This document shows positions 1-12,400 of a stretch of DNA of 64,000 bases, piece after piece. Both the position numbers and the translations under genes were made by a program. The DNA is from the human T2T-CHM13v2.0 reference genome, Homo sapiens, in assembly GCF_009914755.1 (NCBI RefSeq), contig NC_060946.1, one strand, 5' to 3'. Below the pieces are notes generated by a model, which saw only the letters and a list, made by a program, of their open reading frames with translations, was not told the DNA's origin and did not search any database. Position 1 is the stretch's first letter, and each line of letters opens with the position of its first letter.

Positions 1-3000
1 AGAATGCTTCTGTCTAGTTTAAATGTGAAGACATTTCTTTTTCACCATAGACCTCAAAGGGCTCAGAGTTAGACCTTTGCAGATTGCAGAGAAAGACTGT
101 CTCTAAACTGCTCATATAAAATAAAGTTTCAACACGGTGAGATGAACGCACACATCACAAAGAAGTTCCTCAGAAGGCTTCTGTCTGGTTTTAATGTGAA
201 GATATTTCCTTTTTCACCATAGGCCTTACACCGCTCACGAATATCCTTCTGCAGAAACTATAAAAAGACTGTTTCCAAACTGCTCCATCAAAAGAAAATT
301 TCACCTATCTGAGATGAATGCACACATCATAAAGAAGTTCCTCAGAATTCTTCTGTCTAGTTTTTATGTGAAGATGTTTCCATTTTCACCTTAGGCCACA
401 AAGCGCCCCAAACATCCGTTTGCAGATGATGCGAAGAGACTGTTTCCAAACTGCTCAATCAAGAGAAATTTTCAACTCTGTGAGATGAAAGCACACATCA
501 CAAAAAAGTTTCTCAGAAATCTTCTGTCTCGCTTTTATCTCAAGATGATTCCTATTTTGCCATAGGAATCAAGGGGCTCACATATACCCCTTTGCAGATT
601 CTACAAATGTTCTCCTTACAAACTTCTCAATCAAGAGAAACGTTCAACATTGTGAGATGAATGAACACATCCCAAAGACGTTTCTCAGGTTGCTTCTGTC
701 TGGTTGCTATGTGAAGATGTTTCCTTTTTCACCATAGTCTTTAAGCCCCTCAAAAATATCTGTCTGCAGACTCTACCAAAAGACTGTTTCCAAACTGGCC
801 CATATAGCATGTTTCAACTATGTGAAATGAATGCACTCATCAAAAAGAAGTTTCTCAGGATTCTCCTGTCTAGTTTTTATGTGAAGATATTTCCTTTTTC
901 ACCGTAGGCCACAAATTGCTCCAAATATCCATTTGCAGATTCTACAAAAAGAATGTTCCCAAACTGGTCAATCAAAAGAAAGGTGCAACTCTGTGAGACG
1001 AAAGCACACATCACAAAGAAGTTTCTCGGAAAGCCTCTGTCTGCATTTTATGTGAAGGTATTTCCTTTGGCACCATAGGCCTTAAACCGCTCGCAAATAT
1101 AACTCCACTTATACTACCAAGAGACTTTCTCCAAATTGCTAAATCTAAAGAAAGGTTCAAATCTGTGAGATGAATACACACATCAAAAAGAAGTTTCTCA
1201 AAATGCTTCTGTCTAGTTTTCATGGGAAGATATTTATTTTTCACCGTTGGCCCCAAACCGCTCAGAAATATCCCTTTGCAGTTTGTAGAAAAAGACTGCT
1301 TCCAAACTGCTCAATGAAAGGAAATGGTCAACTATTAGAGATGAATGGAAATGTCACAAAGAGTTTTCTCAAAAAGCTACTGTGTCGTTTTTATATGAAG
1401 ACATTGCCTTTGGCACCCTAGGCCTTAAAACTCTCTCAGTACACATTCACAGATTCTACAAAAAGACTGATTCCAAACTGCTCAAACAGAAGAAGGGTTC
1501 AATTCCGTGTGACAAACGTGCACATCACCTAGGAATTTGTCAGAAAGCTTCTGTCTAATTTTTATGTGAAGATATTTCATATTTCAACAAAGGCCATAAA
1601 GGGCTCACAAATATCCCTTCGCAGATTCTAAGAAAAGACGTTTTCCAAACTCCTCAATCAAAAGAAAGGTTTAACTCTGTGAGATGAATGGACACATCAC
1701 GAAGAAGTTTCTCAGAAAGCTTCTGTCTAGTTTTTCTGTGAAGATATTTCTTTTTCACCATAGGCCTCAAGCAGCTAAGAAATTTCCCTCTGCAGCTTCT
1801 ACCAAAGACTGTTTCCAAACTGCTCAACTGAAAGAAAGGTTGAATTCTGTGACATGAATTCACACATCACAAAGAGGTTTTTCAGAAATCTTCTGTCTGG
1901 TTTTTAGGTGACGATACTTCCTTTTTCACCACGGACCTCAAATATCTCCAAATATCCATTTGCAGATTCTACAGAAAGACTTTCCAAACTGCTCAATCAA
2001 AAGAAAGGTTCAACACTGTGAGATGAAGGCACACATCACCAAGAAGTTTCTCAGAAACCTTCTGTCTAGTTTTTAGGTGAAGATACTTCGTATTTCACCA
2101 CAGGCCATAAAGGGCTCACAAATATCCCTTTGCAGGTTCTACAAAAAGACTGTTTCCAAACTGCTCAATCAAAGGAGAGGTTCAACTCTGTGACGTGAAT
2201 GGACACATCATAAAAAATTTCTTGGAATGCTTCCGTCTAGTTTTTATGGGAAGATATTTCTCTTTCACCATAAGACTCAAACGGATCAGAATTCTCCCTT
2301 TGCACATTCTACGATAAGCCTCTTTCCAATCTGCTCAATCAAAAGAAAGTTTCCACTCGGTGAGGTGAATGCACACAACGCAAGGGAGTTTCTCAGAAAG
2401 CTTCTGTTTAGTTTTTACGTGAAGATATTTCGTTTTTCACCACGGGCCTCAAAAGCTCTCCAAATATCCATTTGCAGATTCTAGAAAAAGAGTGTTTCCA
2501 AACTCCTCAATCAAAGGATAGTTTCAATTCTGTGAGATGAAAGCACACATCACAACGAAGTTTCTTAGAAAGCTTCTGTGTAGTTTTTATGTGAAGATAC
2601 TTCACATTGCATCACAGTACTCAATGGGCTCAGAAATATCCCCTTGCAGATCCCACAAAAGGACTGTTTCAAAACTGCTCAATCCAAAGAAAGTTTCAAC
2701 TATGTGAGATGAATGCACACGTCACGAAGACGTTCCTCAGAATGCTTCTGTCTTGTTTACATGTGAAGAAGATTCCTATTTCACCATAGGCAGTAAAGGG
2801 CTCACAAATATTTTTTGCAGATTCTCCAAAAAGACTGTATCCAAACTGCTCAATAAAAAGAAAGTTTTAACTCTGTTCGATTAGTGGACTCATCAAAAAG
2901 TAGTTTCTCAGAAAACTTCTGTGTAGTTTTTATGTGAAGATACTTCCTTTGTCACCATTGGCCTCAAAGCACTCCTAATATCCATTTACAGATGTCACAG

Positions 3001-3425
3001 AAAGAGTGTTTCCAAACTGCTCAATCAAAAGAAAGTGTTTAACTCTGTGAGGTGAAAGCACACATCTCAAAGAAGTTTCTCCGAAAGCTTCGGTCTAGTT
3101 TTCATGTGATGATATTTCCAGTCTCACCATAGGCCTCAAAGGGCTAAGAAATATCCCTTTCCAGATTCTAAAAGACCACCATTTCCATACTTCTCAATCA
3201 AAAGAAAGGTTAAATTCTGTGAGGTTAATGCACACATCAGAATGAAGTTTCTCAGAATTCTCCTGTCTAGTTTTCATGGGAAGATATTTACTATTTCACT
3301 ATAGGTTTTAAAAGTCTCAAAAATAGCCCTTTGCAGATTCTACAAAAATATGCTTTCCAAAGAGCTGAATTAAAAGAAACCTTCAACTCTGTCAGATGAA
3401 TGGAGACATCACAAAGAATTTCCTC
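1..3425 (-). repeat. HOR copy 1 (20 monomers; most diverged copy). Phase is set arbitrarily by the window start
   Basis: Monomer starts counted at 1, 172, 344, 515, 687, 857, 1028, 1200, 1371, 1542, 1714, 1884, 2053, 2224, 2395, 2567, 2739, 2910, 3082 and 3254. The next unit starts at 3426. Monomer lengths sum to 3425. Confidence 0.95.
206..222 (+). other. A-type (pJalpha-like) box TTCCTTTTTCACCATAG at the position where B-type monomers carry the CENP-B box (representative instance)
   Basis: Matches the TTCCTTTTYCACCRTAG A-box consensus. Degenerate versions follow GTGAAGATA in the other monomers. No CCCGTTTCCAACGAA-like sequence was seen at this position. Confidence 0.8.
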
Positions 3426-6400
3426 AGAATGCTCTGTCTAGTTGAAATGTGAAGACATTTCTTTTTCACCGTAGACCTCAAAGGGCTCAGAGTTAGACCT
3501 TTGCAGATTGCAGAGAAAGACTGTCTCTAAACTGCTCAAATAAAATAAAGTTTCAACACGGTGAGATGAATGCACACATCACAAAGAAGTTCCTCAGAAA
3601 GCTTCTGTCTGGTTTTTATGTGAAGATATTTCCTTTTTCACCATAGGCCTTACACCGCTCACAAATATCCTTTTGCAGATACTATAAAAAGACGGTTTCC
3701 AAACTGCTCCATCAAAAGAAAATTTCACCTATCTGAGATGAATGCACACATCATACAGAAGTTCCTCAGAATTCTTCTGTCTAGTTTTTATGTGAAGGTG
3801 TTTCCATTTTCACCTTAGGCCACAAAGCGCCCCAAACATCCATTTGCAGATGATACGAAAAGACTGTTTCCAAACTGCTCAATCAAAAGAAATTTTCAAC
3901 TCTGTGAGATGAAAGCACACATCACAAAAAAGTTTCTCAGAAATCTTCTGTCTCGCTTTTATCTCAAGATAATTCCTATTTTGCCATAGGAATCAAGGGG
4001 CTCACATATATCCCTTTTCAGATTCTACAAAAGTTCTCCTTAAAAACTTCTCAATCAAAAGAAACGTTCAACATTGTGAGATGAATGAACACATCCCAAA
4101 GACGTTTCTCAGGTTGCTTCTGTCTGGTTGCTATGTGAAGATGTTTCCTTTTTCACCATAGTCTTTAAGCCACTCAAAAATATCTGTCTGCAGGCTCTAC
4201 AAAAAGACTCTTTCCAAACTGGCCCATATGGCATGTTTCAACTATGTGAAACGAATGCACTCATCAAAAAGTAGTTTTTCAGGAGTCTCCTGTCTAGTTT
4301 TCATGTGAAGATATTTCCTTTTTCACCGTAGGCCACAAATTGCTCCAAATATCCATTTGCAGATTCTACAAAAAGAATGTTCCCAAACTGGTCAATCAAA
4401 AGAAAGGCGCAACTCTGTGAGACGAAAGCACACATCACAAAGAAGTTTCTCGGAAAGCCTCTGTCTACATTTTATGTGAAGGTATTTCCTTTGGCACCAT
4501 AGGCCTTAAACCGCTCGCAAATATAACTCCACTTATACTACCAAGAGACTTTCTCCAAATTGCTAAATCAAAAGAAAGGTTCAACTCTGTGAGATGAATA
4601 CACACATCAAAAAGAAGTTTCTCAAAATGTTTCTGTCTAGTTTTCATGGGAAGATATTTATTTTTCACCGTTGGCCCCAAACCGCTCAGAAATATCCCTT
4701 TGCAGTTTGTAGGAAAAGACTGCTTCCAAACTGCTCAATGAAAGGAAATGGTCAACTATTAGAGATGAATGGAAATGTCGCAAAGAGTTTTCTCGAAAAG
4801 CTACTGTGTCGTTTTTATGTGAAGACATTGCCTTTTGCACCCTAGGCCTTAAAACTCTCTAAATGCACATTCACAGATTCTACAAAAAGACTGATTCCAA
4901 ACTGCTCAATCAGAAGAAGGGTTCAATTCCGTGTGACAAACGTGCACATCACCAAGAAATTTGTCAGAAAGCTTCTGTCTACTTTTTATGTGAAGATATT
5001 TCATATTTCAACAAAGGCCATAAAGGGCTCACAAATATCCCTTCGCAGATTCTAAGAAAAGACGTTTTCCAAACTCCTCAATCAAAAGAAAGGTTTAACT
5101 CTGTGAGATGAATGGACACATCACGAAGAAGTTTCTCAGAAAGCTTCTGTCTAGTTTTTCTGTGAAGATATTTCTTTTTCACCATAGGCCTCAAGCAGCT
5201 AAGAAATTTCCCTCTGCAGCTTCTACCAAAGACTGTTTCCAAACTGCTCACCTGAAAGAAAGGTTGAATTCTGTGACATGAATTCACACATCACAAAGAG
5301 GTTTTTCAGAAATCTTCTGTCTGGTTTTTAGGTGAAGATACTTCCTTTTTCACCACGGGCCTCAAATATCTCCAAATATCCATTTGCAGATTCTACAGAA
5401 AGACTTTGCAAACTGCTCAATCAAAAGAAGGGTTCAACACTGTGAGATGAAGGCACACATCACCAAGAAGTTTCTCAGAAACCTTCTGTCTAGTTTTTAG
5501 GTGAAGATACTTCGTATTTCACCACAGGCCATAAAGGGCTCACAAATATCCCTCTGCAGGTTCTACAAAAAGACTGTTCCCAAACTGCCCAATCAAAGGA
5601 GAGGTTCAACTCTGTGACGTAAATGGACACATCACAAAAAATTTCTTGGAATGCTTCCGTCTAGTTCTTATGGGAAGATATTTCTCTTTCACCATAAGCC
5701 TCAAACGGATCAGAATTCTCCCTTTGCAGATTGTACAATAAGCCTCTTTCCAATCTGCTCAATCAAGAGAAAGTTTCCACTCGGTTAGGTGAATGCACAC
5801 ATCACAAGGGAGTTTCTCAGAAAGCTTCTGTTTAGTTTTTACGTGAAGATATTTCGTTTTTCACCACGGGCCTCAAAAGCTCTCCAAATATCCATTTGCA
5901 GATTCTAGAAAAAGAGTGTTTCCAAACTCCTCAATCAAAGGATAGTTTCAATTCTGTGAGATGAAAGCACACATCACAACGAAGTTTCTTAGAAAGCGTC
6001 TGTCTAGTTTTTATGGGAAGATACTTCACATTGCATCACAGTACTCAATGGGCTCAGAAATATCCCCTTGCAGATCCTAGAAAAGGACTGTTTCAAAACT
6101 GCTCAATCCAAAGAAAGCTTCAACTATGTGACACGAATGCACACGTCACGAAGACCTTCCTCAGAATGCTTCTGTCTAGTTTACATTTGAAGAAGATTCC
6201 TATTTCACCATAGGCAATAAAGGGCTCACAAATGTTTTTTGCAGATTCTCCGAAAAGACTGTATCCAAACTGCTCAATAAAAAGAAAGTTTTAACTATGT
6301 TCGATTAGTGGACACATCAAAAAGTAGTTTCTCAGAAAACTTCTGTGTAGTTTTTATGTGAAGATACTTCCTTTGTCACCATTGGCCTCAAAGCACTCCT

Positions 6401-9400
6401 AATATCCATTTACAGATGTCACAGAAAGAGTGTTTCCAAACTGCTCAATCAAAAGAAAGTGTTTAACTCTGTGAGGTGAAAGCACACATCTCAAAGAAGT
6501 TTCTCCGAAAGCTTCGGTCTAGTTTTCATGTGATGATATTTCCAGTCTCACCATAGGCCTCAAAGGGCTAAGAAATATCCCTTTCCAGATTCTAAAAGAC
6601 CACCATTTCCATACTTCTCAATCAAAAGAAAGGTTAAATTCTGTGAGGTTAATGCACACATCAGAATGAAGTTTCTCAGAATTCTCCTGTCTAGTTTTCA
6701 TGGGAAGATATTTACTATTTCACTATAGGCTTTAAATGTCTCAAAAATATCCCTTTGCAGATTCTACAAAAATATGCTTTCCAAAGTGCTGAATTAAAAG
6801 AAACCTTCAACTCTGTCAGATGAATGGAGACATCACAAAGAAGTTCCTCAGAATGCTTCTGTCTAGTTGAAATGTGAAGACATTTCTTTTTCACCATAGA
6901 CCTCAAAGGGCTCAGAATTAGACCTTTGCAGATTGCAGAGAAAGACTGTCTCTAAACTGCTCAAATAAAATAAAGTTTCAACACGGTGAGATGAATGCAC
7001 ACCTCACAAAGAAGTTCCTCAGAAAGCTTCTGTCTGGTTTTTATGTGAAGATATTTCCTTTTTCACCATAGGCCTTACACCGCTCACAAATATCCTTCTG
7101 CAGATACTATAAAAAGACGGTTTCCAAACTGCTCCATCAAAAGAAAATTTCACCTATCTGAGATGAATGCACACATCATAAAGAAGTTCCTCAGAATTCT
7201 TCTGTCTAGTTTTTATGTGAAGGTGTTTCCATTTTCACCTTAGGCCACAAAGCGCCCCAAACATCCATTTGCAGATGATACGAAAAGACTGTTTCCAAAC
7301 TGCTCTATCAAAAGAAATTTTCAACTCTGTGAGATGAAAGCACACATCACAAAAAAGTTTCTCAGAAACCTTCTGTCTCGCTTTTATCTCAAGATAATTC
7401 CTATTTTGCCATAGGAATCAAGGGGCTCACATATATCCCTTTGCAGATTCTACAAAAGTTCTCCTTAAAAACTTCTCAATCAAAAGAAACGTTCAACATT
7501 GTGAGATGAATGAACACATCCCAAAGACGTTTCTCAGGTTGCTTCTGTCTGGTTGCTATGTGAAGATGTTTCCTTTTTCACCATAGTCTTTAAGCCACTC
7601 AAAAATATCTGTCTGCAGACTCTACAAAAAGACTCTTTCCAAACTGGCCCATATGGCATGTTTCAACTATGTGAAACGAATGCACTCATCAAAAAGTAGT
7701 TTTTCAGGAGTCTCCTGTCTAGTTTTCATGTGAAGATATTTCCTTTTTCACCGTAGGCCACAAATTGCTCCAAATATCCATTTGCAGATTCTACAAAAAG
7801 AATGTTCCCAAACTGGTCAATCAAAAGAAAGGCGCAACTCTGTGAGACGAAAGCACACATCACAAAGAAGTTTCTCGGAAAGCCTCTGTCTACATTTTAT
7901 GTGAAGGTATTTCCTTTGGCACCATAGGCCTTAAACCGCTCGCAAATATAACTCCACTTATACTACCAAGAGAATTTCTCCAAATTGCTAAATCAAAAGA
8001 AAGGTTCAACTCTGTGAGATGAATACACACATCAAAAAGAAGTTTCTCAAAATGCTTCTGTCTAGTTTTCATGGGAAGATATTTATTTTTCACCGTTGGC
8101 CCCAAACCGCTCAGAAATATCCCTTTGCAGTTTGTAGGAAAAGACTGCTTCCAAACTGCTCAATGAAAGGAAATGGTCAACTATTAGAGATGAATGGAAA
8201 TGTCGCAAAGAGTTTTCTCGAAAAGCTACTGTGTCGTTTTTATGTGAAGACATTGCCTTTTGCACCCTAGGCCTTAAAACTCTCTAAATGCACATTCACA
8301 GATTCTACAAAAAGACTGATTCCAAACTGCTCAATCAGAAGAAGGGTTCAATTCCGTGTGACAAACGTGCACATCACCAAGAAATTTGTCAGAAAGCTTC
8401 GGTCTACTTTTTATGTGAAGATATTTCATATTTCAACAAAGGCCATAAAGGGCTCACAAATATCCCTTCGCAGATTCTAAGAAAAGACGTTTTCCAAACT
8501 CCTCAATCAAAAGAAAGGTTTAACTCTGTGAGATGAATGGACACATCACGAAGAAGTTTCTCAGAAAGCTTCTGTCTAGTTTTTCTGTGAAGATATTTCT
8601 TTTTCACCATAGGCCTCAAGCAGCTAAGAAATTTCCCTCTGCAGCTTCTACCAAAGACTGTTTCCAAACTGCTCACCTGAAAGAAAGGTTGAATTCTGTG
8701 ACATGAATTCACACATCACAAAGAGGTTTTTCAGAAATCTTCTGTCTGGTTTTTAGGTGAAGATACTTCCTTTTTCACCACGGGCCTCAAATATCTCCAA
8801 ATATCCATTTGCAGATTCTACAGAAAGACTTTGCAAACTGCTCAATCAAAAGAAGGGTTCAACACTGTGAGATGAAGGCACACGTCAACAAGAAGTTTCT
8901 CAGAAACCTTCTGTCTAGTTTTTAGGTGAAGATACTTCGTATTTCACCACAGGCCATAAAGGGCTCACAAATATCCCTCTGCAGGTTCTACAAAAAGACT
9001 GTTCCCAAACTGCCCAATAGAAGGAGAGGTTCAACTCTGTGACGTAAACGGACACATCACAAAAAATTTCTTGGAATCCTTCCGTCTAGTTCTTATGGGA
9101 AGATATTTCTCTTTCACCATAAGCCTCAAACGGATCAGAATTCTCCCTTTGCAGATTGTACAATAAGCCTCTTTCCAATCTGCTCAATCAAGAGAAAGTT
9201 TCCACTCGGTTAGGTGAATGCACACATCACAAGGGAGTTTCTCAGAAAGCTTCTGTTTAGTTTTTACGTGAAGATATTTCGTTTTTCACCACGGGCCTCA
9301 AAAGCTCTCCAAATATCCATTTGCAGATTCTAGAAAAAGAGTGTTTCCAAACTCCTCAATCAAAGGATAGTTTCAATTCTGTGAGATGAAAGCACACATC

Positions 9401-12400
9401 ACAACGAAGTTTCTTAGAAAGCGTCTGTCTAGTTTTTATGTGAAGATACTTCACATTGCATCACAGTACTCAATGGGCTCAGAAATATCCCCTTGCAGAT
9501 CCTAGAAAAGGACTGTTTCAAAACTGCTCAATCCAAAGAAAGCTTCAACTATGTGACACGAATGCACACGTCACAAAGACCTTCCTCAGAATGCTTCTGT
9601 CTAGTTTACATGTGAAGAAGATTCCTATTTCACCATAGGCAATAAAGGGCTCACAAATGTTTTTTGCAGATTCTCCGAAAACACTGTATCCAAACTGCTC
9701 AATAAAAAGAAAGTTTTAACTCTGTTCGATTAGTGGACACATCAAAAAGTAGTTTCTCAGAAAACTTCTGTGTAGTTTTTATGTGAAGATACTTCCTTTG
9801 TCACCATTGGCCTCAAAGCACTCCTAATATCCATTTACAGATGTCACAGAAAGAGTGTTTCCAAACTGCTCAATCAAAGGAAAGTGTTTAACTCTGTGAG
9901 GTGAAAGCACACATCTCAAAGAAGTTTCTCCGAAAGCTTCGGTCTAGTTTTCATGTGATGATATTTCCAGTCTCACCATAGGCCTCAAAGGGCTAAGAAA
10001 TATCCCTTTCCAGATTCTAAAAGACCACCATTTCCATACTTCTCAATCAAAAGAAAGGTTAAATTCTGTGAGGTTAATGCACACATCAGAATGAAGTTTC
10101 TCAGAATTCTCCTGTCTAGTTTTCATGGGAAGATATTTACTATTTCACTATAGGCTTCAAATGTCTCAAAAATATCCCTTTGCAGATTCTACAAAAATAT
10201 GCTTTCCAAAGTGCTGAATTAAAAGAAACCTTCAACTCTGTCAGATGAATGGAGACATCACAAAGAAGTTCCTCAGAATGCTTCTGTCTAGTTGAAATGT
10301 GAAGACATTTCTTTTTCACCATAGACCTCAAAGGGCTCAGAATTAGACCTTTGCAGATTGCAGAGAAAGACTGTCTCTAAACTGCTCAAATAAAATAAAG
10401 TTTCAACACGGTGAGATGAATGCACACCTCACAAAGAAGTTCCTCAGAAAGCTTCTGTCTGGTTTTTATGTGAAGATATTTCCTTTTTCACCATAGGCCT
10501 TACACCGCTCACGAATATCCTTCTGCAGATACTATAAAAAGACGGTTTCCAAACTGCTCCATCAAAAGAAAATTTCACCTATCTGAGATGAATGCACACA
10601 TCATAAAGAAGTTCCTCAGAATTCTTCTGTCTAGTTTTTATGTGAAGGTGTTTCCATTTTCACCTTAGGCCACAAAGCGCCCCAAACATCCATTTGCAGA
10701 TGATACGAAAAGACTGTTTCCAAACTGCTCAATCAAAAGAAATTTTCAACTCTGTGAGATGAAAGCACACATCACAAAAAAGTTTCTCAGAAACCTTCTG
10801 TCTCGCTTTTATCTCAAGATAATTCCTATTTTGCCATAGGAATCAAGGGGCTCACATATATCCCTTTGCAGATTCTACAAAAGTTCTCCTTAAAAACTTC
10901 TCAATCAAAAGAAACGTTCAACATTGTGAGATGAATGAACACATCCCAAAGACGTTTCTCAGGTTGCTTCTGTCTGGTTGCTATGTGAAGATGTTTCCTT
11001 TTTCACCATAGTCTTTAAGCCACTCAAAAATATCTGTCTGCAGACTCTACAAGAAGACTCTTTCCAAACTGGCCCATATGGCATGTTTGAACTATGTGAA
11101 ACGAATGCACTCATCAAAAAGTAGTTTTTCAGGAGTCTCCTGTCTAGTTTTCATGTGAAGATATTTCCTTTTTCACCGTAGGCCACAAATTGCTCCAAAT
11201 ATCCATTTGCAGATTCTACAAAAAGAATGTTCCCAAACTGGTCAATCAAAAGAAAGGCGCAACTCTGTGAGACGAAAGCACACATCACAAAGAAGTTTCT
11301 CGGAAAGCCTCTGTCTACATTTTATGTGAAGGTATTTCCTTTGGCACCATAGGCCTTAAACCGCTCGCAAATATAACTCCACTTATACTACCAAGAGACT
11401 TTCTCCAAATTGCTAAATCAAAAGAAAGGTTCAACTCTGTGAGATGAATACACACATCAAAAAGAAGTTTCTCAAAATGCTTCTGTCTAGTTTTCATGGG
11501 AAGATATTTATTTTTCACCGTTGGCCCCAAACCGCTCAGAAATATCCCTTTGCAGTTTGTAGGAAAAGACTGCTTCCAAACTGCTCAATGAAAGGAAATG
11601 GTCAACTATTAGAGATGAATGGAAATGCCGCAAAGAGTTTTCTCGAAAAGCTACTGTGTCGTTTTTATGTGAAGACATTGCCTTTTGCACACTAGGCCTT
11701 AAAACTCTCTAAATGCACATTCACAGATTCTACAAAAAGACTGATTCCAAACTGCTCAATCAGAAGAAGGGTTCAATTCCGTGTGACAAACGTGCACATC
11801 ACCAAGAAATTTGTCAGAAAGCTTCTGTCTACTTTTTATGTGAAGATATTTCATATTTCAACAAAGGCCATAAAGGGCTCACAAATATCCCTTCGCAGAT
11901 TCTAAGAAAAGACGTTTTCCAAACTCCTCAATCAAAAGAAAGGTTTAACTCTGTGAGATGAATGGACACATCACGAAGAAGTTTCTCAGAAAGCTTCTGT
12001 CTAGTTTTTCTGTGAAGATATTTCTTTTTCACCATAGGCCTCAAGCAGCTAAGAAATTTCCCTCTGCAGCTTCTACCAAAGACTGTTTCCAAACTGCTCA
12101 CCTGAAAGAAAGGTTGAATTCTGTGACATGAATTCACACATCACAAAGAGGTTTTTCAGAAATCTTCTGTCTGGTTTTTAGGTGAAGATACTTCCTTTTT
12201 CACCACGGGCCTCAAATATCTCCAAATATCCATTTGCAGATTCTACAGAAAGACTTTGCAAACTGCTCAATCAAAAGAAGGGTTCAACACTGTGAGATGA
12301 AGGCACACATCACCAAGAAGTTTCTCAGAAACCTTCTGTCTAGTTTTTAGGTGAAGATACTTCGTATTTCACCACAGGCCATAAAGGGCTCACAAATATC

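Noticed and set aside
2429-2446. TTCGTTTTTCACCACGGG, which resembles a CENP-B box (TTCG...CGGG); it recurs in most HOR copies, with a similar variant at ~56882
   Set aside because: The spacer between TTCG and CGGG is 10 nt rather than 7, the conserved A is absent, and it lies on the opposite strand to where the box would read in this array. It is a mutated A box.
6181-6192. Single shared SNPs between distant copies (e.g. TTACATTTGAAG at ~6181 and ~30154; GTAAACGGAC at ~9044 and ~56990)
   Set aside because: One site alone cannot separate conversion from recurrent mutation, so these are not reported as tracts.
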